From assembly GCA_951406725.2 (NCBI GenBank), contig OX597823.1, forward strand, positions 108,810,001 through 108,874,000: a DNA stretch of 64,000 nt. The letters are read 5' to 3'. Numbering within the stretch: the first letter of the stretch is position 1; each line of letters begins with the position of its first letter. The notes beneath the pieces were generated by a model. The model was not told the DNA's origin and did not search any database. It worked only from the letters and a program-made list of their open reading frames with translations. The DNA comes from Octopus vulgaris (lineage: Eukaryota). Positions 1-14,293 of the stretch are shown in pieces. The position numbers were made by a program, and so were the translations under genes.

Positions 1-184
1 AGGCTACAAATTGATTAAGAAGGTGAGTCTAAAAAATTGCCCCGAAAGTCTCTGAGTTTACAAGAGAATGACATAAAACTCACAGAATAAAATTTACCGC
101 AGATAAAAAATTTCGAAACGAACAAAACTTTATTCTGAGAGACGATAAATAAAGATTTCAACTCGTTTGAATACGTTTACTGAT

Positions 185-573
185 CTTTTACTTGTTTCAG
201 TCATTTGACTGCGGCCATGCTAGTCACCGCCTTTAGTCGAGCAAATCGACCCCAGGACTTATTCTTTGTAAGCCCAGTACTTATTCTATCGGTCTCTTTT
301 GCCGAACCGCTAAGTTACGGGGACGTAAACACATCAGCATCGGTTGTCAAGCGACGTTGGGGAGACAAACACAGACACACAAACGCGCACACACAAACAC
401 AGATTTATACGACGGGATTCTTTCAGTTTCCGTCTACCAAATCCACTCACAAGGCATTGGTCGGCCCGAGGCTATAGTAGAAGACACTTGCCCAAGGTGC
501 CACGCAGTGGGAATGAACCCGGAACCATGTGGTTGGTAAGCAAGCTACTTACCATACAGCTTTTCCTGCGCCT
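185..573 (-). mobile_element. tRNA-derived SINE family A (~400 bp)
   Basis: Reverse complement of the family A consensus seen about 12 times in the window. Head AGGCGCAGGAGTGGCTGTGTGGTAAG with A-box TGGCTGTGTGG and B-box GGTTCAGTCCC; tail GACTGAAACAAGT(AAAAGAGT)n. Confidence 0.9.
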
Positions 574-1106
574 ATAAGTTTTCATAGGATTGGTCAGTAT
601 TATTGTTGATTTTTTGAGGAAATTTCGCTTATGATTCTTGTAGATAAATAAATGCTTGAGGAGCGAAAAAGATTTTGTGGGGTCGTCAATGAAGATGCCA
701 AAGTTACTGCCCCATCTATTTATTGATCTACTTTAACAGGTTTTCATAAGTTTTCTTGTTATTGCTAATTGAACTGGAGATAATGTTGCCATTCGTTTGA
801 ACATGTAGAATTTACCGAATTTGATATTTTCAGTTTCTGTATAAAGGTCAATTTGAAACGGATTAAGTTTATTGAGGAATGGATTCATATTAGTTTTAAA
901 ACAGAATATATTTACCGTGCTGTTGTTGCCAAGGGATTTATGGGAATGATATGATCTCCAGAGAAGTCTTTCAACAAAATTTTCCGTCTTCTATACCGGA
1001 TATTTACAATAAGACTTCTACTTGGGTACTGATGTTTTTTCGGAGAATAAAGTCTCTTATACATACCTACCTTCATAGGTACATATACGAACAAACATAT
1101 ACAAAT

Positions 1107-1522
1107 AGGCGCAGGAGTGGCTGTGTGGTAAGTAGTTTGCTAACCAACCACATGGTTCCGGGTTCAGTCCAACTGCGTGGCATCTTCGGTAAGTGTCTTC
1201 TACTATAGCCTCGGGCCGACCAATGCCTTGTGAGTGGATTTGGTAGACGGAAACTGAAAGAAGCCTGTCGCATATATGTATATATATATGTAATTTGTGT
1301 GTATGTTTGTATGTCTGTGTTTGTCCCCCTAGCATTGCTTGACAACCGATGCTGGTGTGCTTACGTCCCCGTCACTTAGCGGTTCGGCAAAAGAGACCGA
1401 TATAATAACTACTAGGCTTACAAAGAATAAGTTCCGGGGTCGATTTGCTCGACTAAAGGCGGTGCTCCAGCATGGCCGCAGTCAAATGACTGAAACAAGT
1501 AAAAGAGTAAAGAGTAAAGAGT
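1107..1522 (+). mobile_element. SINE family A, full length
   Basis: Pol III A/B boxes, internal (TA/TG) tract and AAAGAGT tail repeats; ATACAAAT on both flanks may be a TSD. Confidence 0.92.
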
Positions 1523-1639
1523 ATATACATACAAATTCCTTAATTTAATATATTAGCATTTTTCATCAGAGCATAGGTATAGTAAGATATTAAATAGGAT
1601 CCGTGTCAAGGTTAATTATTCAGCTAGTAAGAATTTCGG

Positions 1640-2130
1640 TCGGTGTTCGGTCATCTCAGAGGTTATAGTGTTGCAAAACTGAATTAAAAAGATGAGCAAA
1701 AGGCAGGCCAGTATCAATCATGCAACTTTAGCATTAGTGTGCATCACCCACTAGATGGTAACTGTTTCGAAAAGGGAATAGTAAGTAGCATTATAGTAGA
1801 AACAAACAACAGTTATTAACCTAACATATGCACTGGAACAAATTTACATTCAAAGATCAATTTTAGAATCACAAGCATTCAATTGTCGACCCAGATAAAA
1901 ATTAGTTACGGTTTTGTCGAAATTTATATGATTTTTATGTGAGATAAATCCACACGAATTCAAAGTGACCTGGTCGATTGTAGATAAAGCACAGCCATTC
2001 AGAAATGGTAGTTTCAAATCAAAAGCACAGAGAGGTTTTTTGTTTAGTTAAAAATCGAGAATTTTGTTTCAAAGACGTAAAGATTTGTGCGGGATTGTTA
2101 TCACCGTGGGTGAACGGAGCTAAATATCAC
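1640..2130 (+). pseudogene. Penelope-like element, degraded GIY-YIG endonuclease region
   Basis: Manual translation across frameshifts gives PLDGNCFEKGIV, TFKDQF*NHKHSI, VLSKFI and EFKVTWSIVDKAQPFRNG. These match Penelope C-terminal motifs CPLDGxC..IVY, FKxRYxNHKxSF, LSKYIW and W.I+D+A.PY in the correct order. Confidence 0.7.
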
Positions 2131-2335
2131 AACAAAATTTCATGATGATAGTTCTTGAATTGACCTCCTTAATTTGAGGTTTAAAATATTTCGTGCAATT
2201 CTACGAAAGCCGAAAAAAGATATGGTGATTAAAACAGCCGTTTTTATACGTATCACACGTATAATACTTTTCAAAAACAGGGTTAAACGTTGTTTTGCTA
2301 TCTTTCGTACAATATATCAAAATATATTCAACAAC

Positions 2336-2465
2336 AGGTGCAGGAATGGCTGTATGGTAAGTAGCTTGCTTACAAACCACATGGTTCCGGGTTCAGTCCT
2401 ACTGAGTGGCACCTTGGGCAAGTATCTTCTACTATAGCCTCAGGCCGACCAAAGCCTTGTGAGTG

Positions 2466-2561
<96 letters not shown>

Positions 2562-2782
2562 ATGTGTATACGTTTGTGTGTCAGTGTTTGTCCCCCAACA
2601 TCGCTTGACAATCGATGCTGGTGTGTTTACGTCCCCGTAACTTAGCGGTTCGGCAAAAGAGACCGAAAGAATACGTACTAGGCTTACAAAGAATAAGTCC
2701 TGGGGTCGATTTGCTCGACTAAAGGTGGTGCTACAGCATGGCTGCAGTGAAATGACCGAAACAAGTAAAAGAGTAAAATAGT
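2336..2782 (+). mobile_element. SINE family A with internal deletion and expanded (TA)n(TG)n
   Basis: Family A head and tail present; lacks the TTTGGTAGACGGAAACTGAAAGAAGCC segment. Confidence 0.9.
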
Positions 2783-2964
2783 AACAGACAATGAAGGGGA
2801 AAATACCGCTCAGATTAGCAGCTGAAAGATCGGAAACATGAAAATTGAAATACTGGATACTATGAGCCTGAAATTACAATTTATAAAAGGATGCCCTACA
2901 TTTGCGCTTCGACTTTTGTAACTTCTCGGTTCTCGGTGAATCAACAGAAACTATTTAACACATA

Positions 2965-3032
<68 letters not shown>

Positions 3033-3391
3033 TGCGCACGCATGCACGTAGGGAGTGAGATAAACGAACAAAATCTAAGTGATCTCTTAGTGAAATATCA
3101 ATGAAGTATAAAAAATTAATTTTCATATGAGGTTGGCATGGAAATTTTTTCTGGGACTCGGAATCAAGCTCTTCGATTATGGAAGTATGTTCCAAGTGAA
3201 GAATTAGAATTTGTCCGAACGTGGGTAGCCGTTTAGTGTAGAAGATAAAGAAGGCGGGTTTAGAGTGGACTGAGGCTGGAGTGAGGAAAGAATATAGCAA
3301 TAACGATAGGAGGAGCTGTTATTGCTCAGAATAAAGAGGGTAACGGGTTGAGGCCAATTAGAGGTGAGTTTGTAAAAAATAAGGACGTATA

Positions 3392-3803
3392 AGGCGCAGG
3401 AGTGGCTGTTTGGTAAGTAGCTTGCTAATCAACCACATGGTTCCGGGTTCAGTCCCACTGCGTGGCGTCTTGGGCAAGTGTCTTCTGCTATAGCCCCGGG
3501 CCGACCAATGCCTTGTGAGTGGATTTGGTAGACGGAAACTGAAAGAAGCCTATCGTATATATGTATATATATATAAGTGTGTGTGTATATGTTTGTGTGT
3601 CTGTGTGTGTCCCCCTAGCATTGCTTGACAACCGATGCTGGTGTGTTTACGTCCCCGTAACTTAGCGGTTCGGCAAAAGAGACCGATAGAATAAGTACTG
3701 GGCTTACAAAGAATAAGTCCCGGGGTCGATTTGCTCGACTAAAGGCGGTGCTCCAGCATGGCCGCAGTCAAATGACTGAAACAAGTAAAAGAGTAAAAAG
3801 AGT
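3392..3803 (+). mobile_element. SINE family A, full length
   Basis: Near-consensus copy with A/B boxes and tail. Confidence 0.92.
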
Positions 3804-4140
3804 ATACTCATAAATATACATACTTGAGATCTTATACGCATACTCGCAAGCGAAGTACGTTGGTGGAATCGAAATGTCACAGCAGAAAACAAAAACAAAA
3901 AAGGAACAAGACAAAAGGTGAAAACAAATAAACAAGATTACAATTGTATAAGTATCCAAATAAAGGAAGAAGCAAGTAAGATTAAGGAAACTAAAGTAAT
4001 AAAAATATTATTGTTAATCTTAGTTTTTATTAAGAATAACGAGGGTAACAATGGCGACTATATTTATAATGATAATCAGCTACTATAATGAAAACATAAA
4101 GCAAAAAAATAAAACTAGTAATAATAATAATAATTTTAAA

Positions 4141-4611
<471 letters not shown>

Positions 4612-4641
4612 TATAATAATAATAATAACAACAACAACAAC

Positions 4642-4703
<62 letters not shown>
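4612..4703. repeat. (TAA)n microsatellite
   Basis: Directly visible. Confidence 0.95.
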
Positions 4704-4704
<1 letters not shown>

Positions 4705-5100
4705 CGCATGATCCTTGAGAACTGTCATAACAAGAGCAAAAGTCTCACCTCCGCATGGATTGATTACAAAGAAACTTTTTGACAGCATACCACATCCTGG
4801 ATCCTGAAATCGGTTGACATTTTCAAGATTTCTTCTGCAATTTCAAACTTTCTGAAGCATATGTCATTGCGGAACACGAATCTCCAATTATATGATACAA
4901 ATGGCGTACCAGCTTCAAACAATATTAGCATCAACTGTGAAATTTCCCAAGGTGACTCATTTTCAACCTCTTATTTTTTTGCATAGCTCTAATATCCCTT
5001 AGAACAAAATATTGTTGTAAGATTATCAACAAGAAAATAAGCCATTTGTTTTATACGACTGACTTAAAACTCTATGGTAAAGACAATGATGAACTTGAAA
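4705..5100 (+). pseudogene. Non-LTR retrotransposon RT fragment, R4/Dong-like
   Basis: Translates across frameshifts to SAWIDYKETF-DSIP, ISQGDSFS and KISHLFYTTDLKLYGK. These match the AWIDYKKAFDSVPH, GIFQGDSLS and HLLYMDDLKLY motifs of R4-clade RTs. Confidence 0.8.
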
Positions 5101-5484
5101 AATAAATACGTATAGAAATATTTGATATGAGGAAAATAAGAACGGGAAATTCTAATTAACGCTCGTTTGAATTTTCTCTGTGTTCATTACAGCCCTACGT
5201 GCGATCATTCGGGCGATTAAAGGTATTAATGCTTCTTATCTGAAAGGCAGCATGTAGCGAGACACTCTGGGTGTCGACGGGCTGCATCACCAATATCGAA
5301 CACACATATACATAAACATACATACATATATAGGTAATAAATAAATGCGTACATGCATATATACTTACATATACTCATATACACACATATAGCAATATGC
5401 ATACACTTGGACGTAGGCATTCCCTTAGCTCCCGTACTTCTGTTTGTTCGTCTCAGCTGGCTGTACTTATCTACCACCAGAGCA

Positions 5485-5845
<361 letters not shown>

Positions 5846-6220
5846 TCAGCACCGGCTGAATAGACACACAGTAGATGAAACATAACGATATCTTGTGCCA
5901 GTAATTTTATGCAAACATTCTTTATTCTCTTTGATTAAAATATTCCTACATCCGTTTCCCGTTCATTCCATTTATGCCGACGATAAATAAGCCTCTGTCT
6001 AACACGAGTCATTGTTGGATTCTCTCAATTAATAAATCCAGTGTAAACATATTGGTTTGCAATTCCTCTTGAAAACACGCCCGCACACACACAGACACAT
6101 ACACACCCACATATGTGTGTATGCATAAGTGTATTGGTATATATACATATACACACGCACACACATATGTGTGTGTGAGTGTATGTATAAACGTGTATAA
6201 ATATATGCATTTAGATGAGG

Positions 6221-6655
<435 letters not shown>

Positions 6656-6958
6656 TATTGTCAGCATTGAAATTAAATGTTGAATCCTATACCTTATTGT
6701 TATTTAGCCTGAAGGCTTCCTCGCCAAATCCCTTCTGACGTTCAAGGTATATGTAGGGGTGCATTTCCTAATGTGTTCTTTCATTCCTAGAGAAGAGTAG
6801 GATGTAATCTGTGTCGATTTGTTTGCCTTTTCTAGAAGATCAAGCTATCCCGGAGAGGCTAGCTTTTGGTTTCTTAAATCTATCAATAATTTAAGTGGTG
6901 TTTGTTGAATTTTTAGAAGCATGGAAGCAACATGGCGGTTTCTTCTCGGTGGGAACTT

Positions 6959-7030
6959 CTTTACATATAGCTTACTCTCTTTCTCCCACTCTTTTTACAT
7001 ATAGCTTACTCTCTTTCTCCCACTCTTTTT
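6959..7030. repeat. Tandem duplication of ~35 bp (TTTACATATAGCTTACTCTCTTTCTCCCACTCTTT x2)
   Basis: Two adjacent identical units. Confidence 0.85.
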
Positions 7031-8724
7031 CTCCCCCTCTCTTCCCCTCACTTTCTCTGGCATTCTTTCTTTCTCCTTCTCTCCCCCCTCTCCCTCTCTC
7101 ACACACACATGCGTACATATCCATACCCTTTGCTCATTAGCTCTGTAGCCAATGTAACATTCCTGCACGATATTCCAAAACAAGTTTTGAAAACCTGCCC
7201 ATCATCATTTTCTCCATCCCCTGTATTAATACATTTAATTATTTTATTCCATATTCTATACATCATGGAATAATTGAACATCAATAATTCCTGTCTTCTA
7301 CAGGTTTCTCTAATAATTGAAGCCTCAGAATGTCAACATATTTCTCCACCTCACTGATACAATCCCAATATTATGAATTATTTTAAGAGAGATTATCTAA
7401 TAGACGGCGAAGAAGACATACTACATCGTAACTGTCTCGCTTGCTGGGTCAGACAATAATGTTAACCAAACCTGTCTTACTTTCACTTTCCGGTTGTTAT
7501 TTCTGATGCTGAAAATATTAGAAGTAATTAAACCCACCTTTATAATACAGAAATAAATATTTTAATTAGCCAATGAGATTTTGTACTTCAGCTGAAAGCT
7601 GATATTATATATTATTCTGTTTCTAAGAGTGTTCGTGTCTTCCATTGCTACTCTGAACAACTGTAACAATAAAACAAAATCGGATACATAATTGAAATGT
7701 TTAACATAACGGAACAAGTTCGAGCGCTACGCAATGGAAAGCGAGTTGAAATATTCGACATTATGAAATAATGTGGACACAAGCCCGAATTATTGGTATG
7801 TAATAAGGGTAATTGCTTACCCAATATATATACGTTGCAGAAGTGATAGATTCTTTTTATGAGGAATTTCCTGTTTTGTTTCAGCCAATCTGAATCGGGC
7901 GATGGCACACGTTTCTGTCTCTGACATTTCTCGGGGACGAACTGAGGCTGTAGCACTTTCGAGAATGAGAAAACTTGGTGCTGACTCCGTTGCCTTCATC
8001 GAATACCTCTACCTATCACTCTTCTCTTAGTTGGTTTTACATAAAAGGTAAACTGATTTTATAAAGGGTTTCTCATGAGTGATAGCCCCTTCGAAGCTTA
8101 TCTAGATAATGATCTAAGATGTTGAACATTTGTATGAGTACTCTTTCCAGCCGGGGTTAACTTTGACAACTTCTCATTGTTATTTAGAGGTACTGGTCAG
8201 TAAGGCAGCTACAGCACCAATAACTGGATGTGTCCAAAATGCAGTAAAACTAAGTAACCTTCCACCATACAATTCTTCAGTGTCCACATATTACGGAGTT
8301 GAATATCAGCCGAGTTCATGCTGAAAAGCCAACCATCATATTCCTTTAGTAATAGAAGATGACAGTTTCCTCTGCCAAATTGATGAAATTGAAAGGGGTA
8401 AGGACAGATAACTCTCCTTTAACTCTTCATCATCTCGAGCATATTTGAATATCAGTTGAGAAAGACAGGAAAAGTAATGACAGATTATCGATAAGATAAG
8501 AAAGAATCAAATACTGAGGTCGATTTAAGCAATTAAAAATCCTCAGATCCATTAAAATATTAATTATTAATAATAATTATTATAATCATGAATGTCTTTA
8601 AATGGTAGGTACAAAAGCTATTGAAATGTTTTGTGGTATTTACTTAACTTTTATACTTCGAAAGATTCTTCTAAAGTCTACTTAGCCATTTAATATTCTC
8701 AAAGATTATGAATATTGTTAAAAT

Positions 8725-9446
8725 TATCCGATGGCCAAAAGTCCGTTTGGCTCTTGTCGGCACTAAACTTCAAGCACTCTAATAAGTAGCTAACTTAAGT
8801 CTGTCCTTTGCGCATGTGCACTCATTGAATACTTGACACTTCAATATAGTTCAACGCAAACATGCATAGAGACAAGTTGTACTTTGTGTGCTTGGAATCA
8901 CCCAGAAAATGGAGAAACGGAAGCGAATATTATCGACGCATCATGTTTTTCTTTTTTAGGAAAAAAAAAGGCAAGGAAGCATCGGAAACGTGCAGGAAGA
9001 TATGCATGTGTTTGGAGAGATATTGTTACGGAAGGGGTTTGAAAGATTTCGATCGGGAAATTTTTCGGTTCAAGTTGGACATCGCTCTGCCCAACCAATT
9101 GAGATTAGCAGCTAAACCAACTTCACCATTTATACGCCCAGGATGAACACAGATATTTCCCAGATATCCAAATCAAGTGTTCAAAACCATTTGCATCATT
9201 TTGGTTACGTCAGCAGGTCCGATGTTTGGGTCCCATATCAATTGAATGAAACTAACGGATTTCCATTTGCGATTCATTTGAAAAACGTGAAGGAAACGAT
9301 CCTTATTCTGAACAGAATGGTGTTAGGAGATGGAAAATGGATCGTCAATAGCAATGTAAAGCGCAAACGATCGTGGGGGAAACGCAGCGAACCACCACAA
9401 ACAAAGTCCAATTAAGAAACGGACGGAATTTTTGGTCGATCCGATG
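8725..9446 (+). mobile_element. Mariner transposon relic, internally deleted
   Basis: IMFFFFRK..GKEASETCRKIC (HTH), DVWVPYQLNE (WVPHEL motif) and LGDGKWIVNSNVKRKRSW (TGDEKW motif). Degenerate inverted termini at about 8725-8750 and 9415-9446; the C-terminal catalytic part is missing. Confidence 0.88.
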
Positions 9447-10859
9447 TTTGACTGCTTGTCTACATAAGACATTATTGTAACATACTAAGCAACTAATGCA
9501 AGGGTTCAAGTTTTACAAGCACATTTTCACCTCGATTGCTCCTTTAAAATTTCCTTTTCTTTTTCGGTTCTTCCTTGCATTGCCTCTTTCCTTTCCACCT
9601 TGCACCCTATTCTGAAAATGGACAATGCTTTAAACATCATTTTAATTAACTTCTTTTTCTCTGAGTGTCAGACTAATAGTTTTGGTCGTGAACTCATCCT
9701 GTCTTGTGTTTTTGTTCCACCTCTATATATCTCTCTCTTTCTTTCTGTGTACTTTCCCTATATACATATTTACTACATACATACGCACACACACACACAT
9801 AACGATTAATCACGTATGCAACAACTAAAGAAGACCTCAATATAATTGAAATTGAAGACTATATTTCATATAAAATACAAGTATAGAATACTCACAGACA
9901 GTTCTTGGAGTTTCCTTGCAGCCAAAGATAAGAAGTCAGCCGATTTCCAATCAGTATTCAAGGTCCCTACAAGCATTCATCAGTTCTCATGTAAGACTAA
10001 CGCCGAGAAACTCCGACTACTCTGAGTGTTGCTTGCTTGTATTTTCTATATACTCACATAGCTATGAGCCCAGTGTTTTGTGCTCTACACTGGCAAGAAA
10101 CTCTAGACCACCGAGTTACTTGTGCAGCTCTTCTCTAATTATGTACTTTACTTAGCATATACTTAACTTAATGAATCGAGCTGTATCTCTCACATTTATA
10201 AAAACCAAAACCATGTATGCGTATATGCATAATATCTATGCGTATACACATGTATAAAATGGCTGCTCTTTTTTTTGTCTCTGCTTATTCGTAGGCATTA
10301 TAGCTTTGAATGCCGTTGTATATATATACTGACTGTATTTGTGCAAGCAGTACGTATGTCAGTGTCTGCACATATGTGTAAGTTTACACGTACAGTTTGC
10401 TTCAGCCTGTGGTATTTTCCTCATTATCTATTAAAAGTTTTCTCTTGTCCCCTGTTTGAAATTATCTGCATATATATATATATCATATTCATAATTTTAT
10501 TTTATTTTATATATATATATATATGTATATATATAATGTGTTTTTAAATTTCGAAATTTTTAAAGCTTGTCAGCTAAATGTTATACGTTAAACTCGCCTT
10601 ACCCAACCCTATTCCAGACTCGGCTGTCGTTGCAATTTCTTTCCAGGATGGGGGTGGTGGTGATGGAGGTGGGGGTAGATTCAGTAATTAGCATGGCTTT
10701 TTGCATAATAATATTGCGGATTTTTCAAATTCATTGCTTACCATTTTGTGTAACTAAGGAACTAATGATAGGGTATTAACGATTGATTAGTAGCGAAATG
10801 TCAAAAGATGCTGAAATAATGAATCAATTTCTATGCCTCCCTATTTTCGAATATATCAA

Positions 10860-10901
10860 AGAGTAATAATAATAATATCAACAACAACAATAATAGTAAT
10901 T

Positions 10902-10971
<70 letters not shown>

Positions 10972-11047
10972 CAATTATAATAATAATAATAATAAAGATA
11001 ATAACAACAGCAAAAATAATGATAGGGATAATAACGATAATAATAAT
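10860..11047. repeat. (AAT)n microsatellite
   Basis: Directly visible. Confidence 0.95.
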
Positions 11048-11330
11048 GTTTTATTTTTCGGTATTTCGTTTTATGTATTTCGTTTTATAATGTTTAATTT
11101 TTGTTTTCGTTTTTCAAAAGGATATTTTTGTTTTAATTTTGGTTTATATTTTTTTCTGCATTTTTCTTCGTTATTTTTTCCTCTCTTAAATATTTTCATA
11201 TAATTTATATTTCACTAAACTGAACATTTATTGCCATTTATTGAAATAGCTGAGGTGCGCGCGCGTTCAGACACACGCATACAACCGCACGAATATAAAT
11301 ATATATATACATATATATATATATATGTAT

Positions 11331-11428
<98 letters not shown>

Positions 11429-11959
11429 TCATATACCTGATTATCAAAGAGAAATGTGTATACAAAAATACAAACGCTTTGGTAAACATCTATACATGAG
11501 TTTATGTGTGTGCGTGTTTGTGTATGCATGTACGTATGTATATATATATATGAATGTATGTATGTGTATATATATGTATACACACACCTATATATATATG
11601 CAGATGCTGCAGTTTGTCAACAAAAGAAGAAAGTACTCAATGCATGGCGTGAAGTAAAGTATATTGCTTAATTAAATTGGCACCCTTCCCTAGCTAATCG
11701 TGTTTTACGCCATACTAATCTTCGGGTGATCGGTGACACACTCACACACACACACATACGCACACGCACACACCACACCACACACACATCACACCACACC
11801 ACACACACTCTCACATATGCATATACAGATTTAAACGAATCCAAGAAATCGTAACTGGAGCAGGTACTGATGTAGATTAAAGAACGTGCATTAATGTAGT
11901 TCTTATATAACCTAGAACATCATTACTTAGAATGACACACTTAGATTTTCCCATACATT

Positions 11960-12250
11960 CGGCTGATGGCATTACATCAATTCGTGCAGTTTTTGCAATT
12001 CCGAAAACAAGAAGATACCCCAACTGATCTCAGAGATGCAACAATATCACCCTCAACAAAAGAGGCAACCGCGTCTGCCTTGCAACAACCACGATTGCCT
12101 TACAGCAACCGCGTTTGCCTTACCCACTGTGGGCAACACAAACATCTCTATTCCGTTTCTTTTGACGCACAAAAGGGGCCAGCCAAACCCGGATGTCCAG
12201 AAAACTTCATTGTAATGAAAGGCTTCTGCATAACATCAAATGAATCTGAA
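11960..12250 (+). pseudogene. Heavily deleted RTE-like LINE RT remnant
   Basis: PTDLRDATI resembles RTE PQDFRDAxI, and KPGCPENFI resembles KFGCPxxFI. Only short motifs survive. Confidence 0.45.
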
Positions 12251-12962
12251 ATTCTATACAAATTTTGCACAAGAGAAAGTCCTCATATTTTTTTTACAAA
12301 AGAAAGTTCTCAATGCATGGTTTAAAGTATATTGCTTAATTAATTTGTGGTCAGAGCGAAATTATGATTGGGATACCAAATTGCTTAGACTTTTTCTATC
12401 TCCCTATCAGCTTTGATCGAACTCATGAAAGTAATTCGATACAGGGATTAGATCATGTATGTTGGAGCCAACACTCAGTACAAACTGACAATCTCAATAA
12501 CAATTGTGAGCATAGAAGGCAGCGTGTAGTGACCAAAATTGCTCTTTCTTTTTTACATCCGAAACAACATATGACGATATACTACCGAATTTGTAGAACC
12601 CTCGTTAGCCTATATACTAACAAGTATGTATGTTTGTATGCATTTATGTATGTATATATGTATGTATGTATAAACACAATAAACACATACGAAGACGCAA
12701 ATACAAACATATATGTTTATATGAGGTGGGGGTATGTAGGTATCTATGCATATATGTATACAAAAACGTATAGGCATAAAAATAGACTTTATTTAGCTTT
12801 AATTTTTCGGCAAAGGAAAGGGTTTTCAAGATAAATTGTATTGAAACATGTAACGAATAAAAGTCAATGAAACCATTTTTATAAACCAAGTCTATTGTAT
12901 GCAGTATTTTATTTCCTTTTAATAGTTAACGGTATTTATCTTCCATTATACACTAACTGTAT

Positions 12963-13040
<78 letters not shown>

Positions 13041-13049
13041 GTATACATA

Positions 13050-13125
<76 letters not shown>

Positions 13126-13537
13126 CACTCTTTTATTTCTTTTTAATAGTGAATTGAATTAGAAGAGAATCTCTACTGTTTGTTTCGTTATATATATATA
13201 TATATATATAACAGTGTTATAATTGGGGTTATATCGTACACATGTTGGGTCAGGATAGATTTTCTAAAGTAATAGACTCAATTAAAATGTAATTAAACGG
13301 TGACATTCATACGCACACACGCACATATAAACAAACATACATGCATGCATACATATATAAATACATACATACACGCATACATACATATAACGTACATACA
13401 TACGCTCACCCCCATAATTGCTTTCGGTACACCCGGCCCCTCACACACAAACAGATGCATGCAAAATCTCTTTCTGTCTTGGTTCTTTTACTTAACTGTC
13501 AATTTATCCTTATACATATGTACATGAATATTTTTGT

Positions 13538-13743
13538 CTTTACTCTCTTTTACTTGTGGCCATGCTGGAGCACCGCCTTTAGTCGAGCAAATCGACGCCG
13601 GGACTTACTCTTTATAAGCCTAGTATATATTCTATCGGTCTCTTTTGCCGAACCGCTAGTTTACAGGGACGTAAACACACCACCATCGGTTGTCAAGCGA
13701 TGTTGGGGAAAAAACACAGACACATAACATATACACACACAAG

Positions 13744-13779
<36 letters not shown>

Positions 13780-13934
13780 TTATACGACGGGCTTCTTTCA
13801 GTTTCTGTCTACCAAATCCACACACAAGGCCCGAGGCTATACTAGAAGACACTTGCCCAAGGTGCCACGTAGTGGGAATAAACCCGGAACCATGTGGTTG
13901 GTAAGCAAGCTACTTACCACACAGCCACTCCTGC
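13538..13934 (-). mobile_element. SINE family A
   Basis: Reverse complement of the family A consensus with small deletions. Confidence 0.9.
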
Positions 13935-14219
13935 TCTCATACATATTTTGTGCGTATATATGTACATGTATACCAAGATGCTTTTACATTTTACACCCAC
14001 CCACCCACATACACACACATACATATATGATGTATACATACATATCCATGTAATATGTAATTATAGATTACTCAGACAGTCTTTGTTATTACTAATACTC
14101 CATGTTACACTCAATTCATACTCTAAGTCTTTTATTTTTTGTTTTTGTTCAGGTACAAAACGTCTGAACAAAACGCTTCACCTTTGCGCATCTTTCCAGA
14201 GTAACAAAATTGACGCCTC

Positions 14220-14293
14220 TGATGTTCAGATGTAATTGTCCAGATGTTATGTTCAGATGTAATGTCCAGATGCTATGTCCAGATGTAATGTCT
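14220..14293. repeat. 14-bp minisatellite (ATGTCCAGATGTAA-like, ~5 units)
   Basis: Directly visible tandem units. Confidence 0.8.

Noticed and set aside
205-1548. Recurrent ORFs such as MSSNARGTNTD... and ...RPEAIVEDTCPRCHAVG
   Set aside because: They are incidental frames inside non-coding SINE family A, repeated at each copy.
2941-3390. Minus-strand 119-aa ORF, possibly a Penelope thumb remnant
   Set aside because: Motif similarity is too weak to call, and the ORF runs into a CA repeat.
8200-8256. WMCPKC motif resembling a PHD/RanBP zinc-finger end
   Set aside because: It is bounded by in-frame stops and the rest of the domain is absent.
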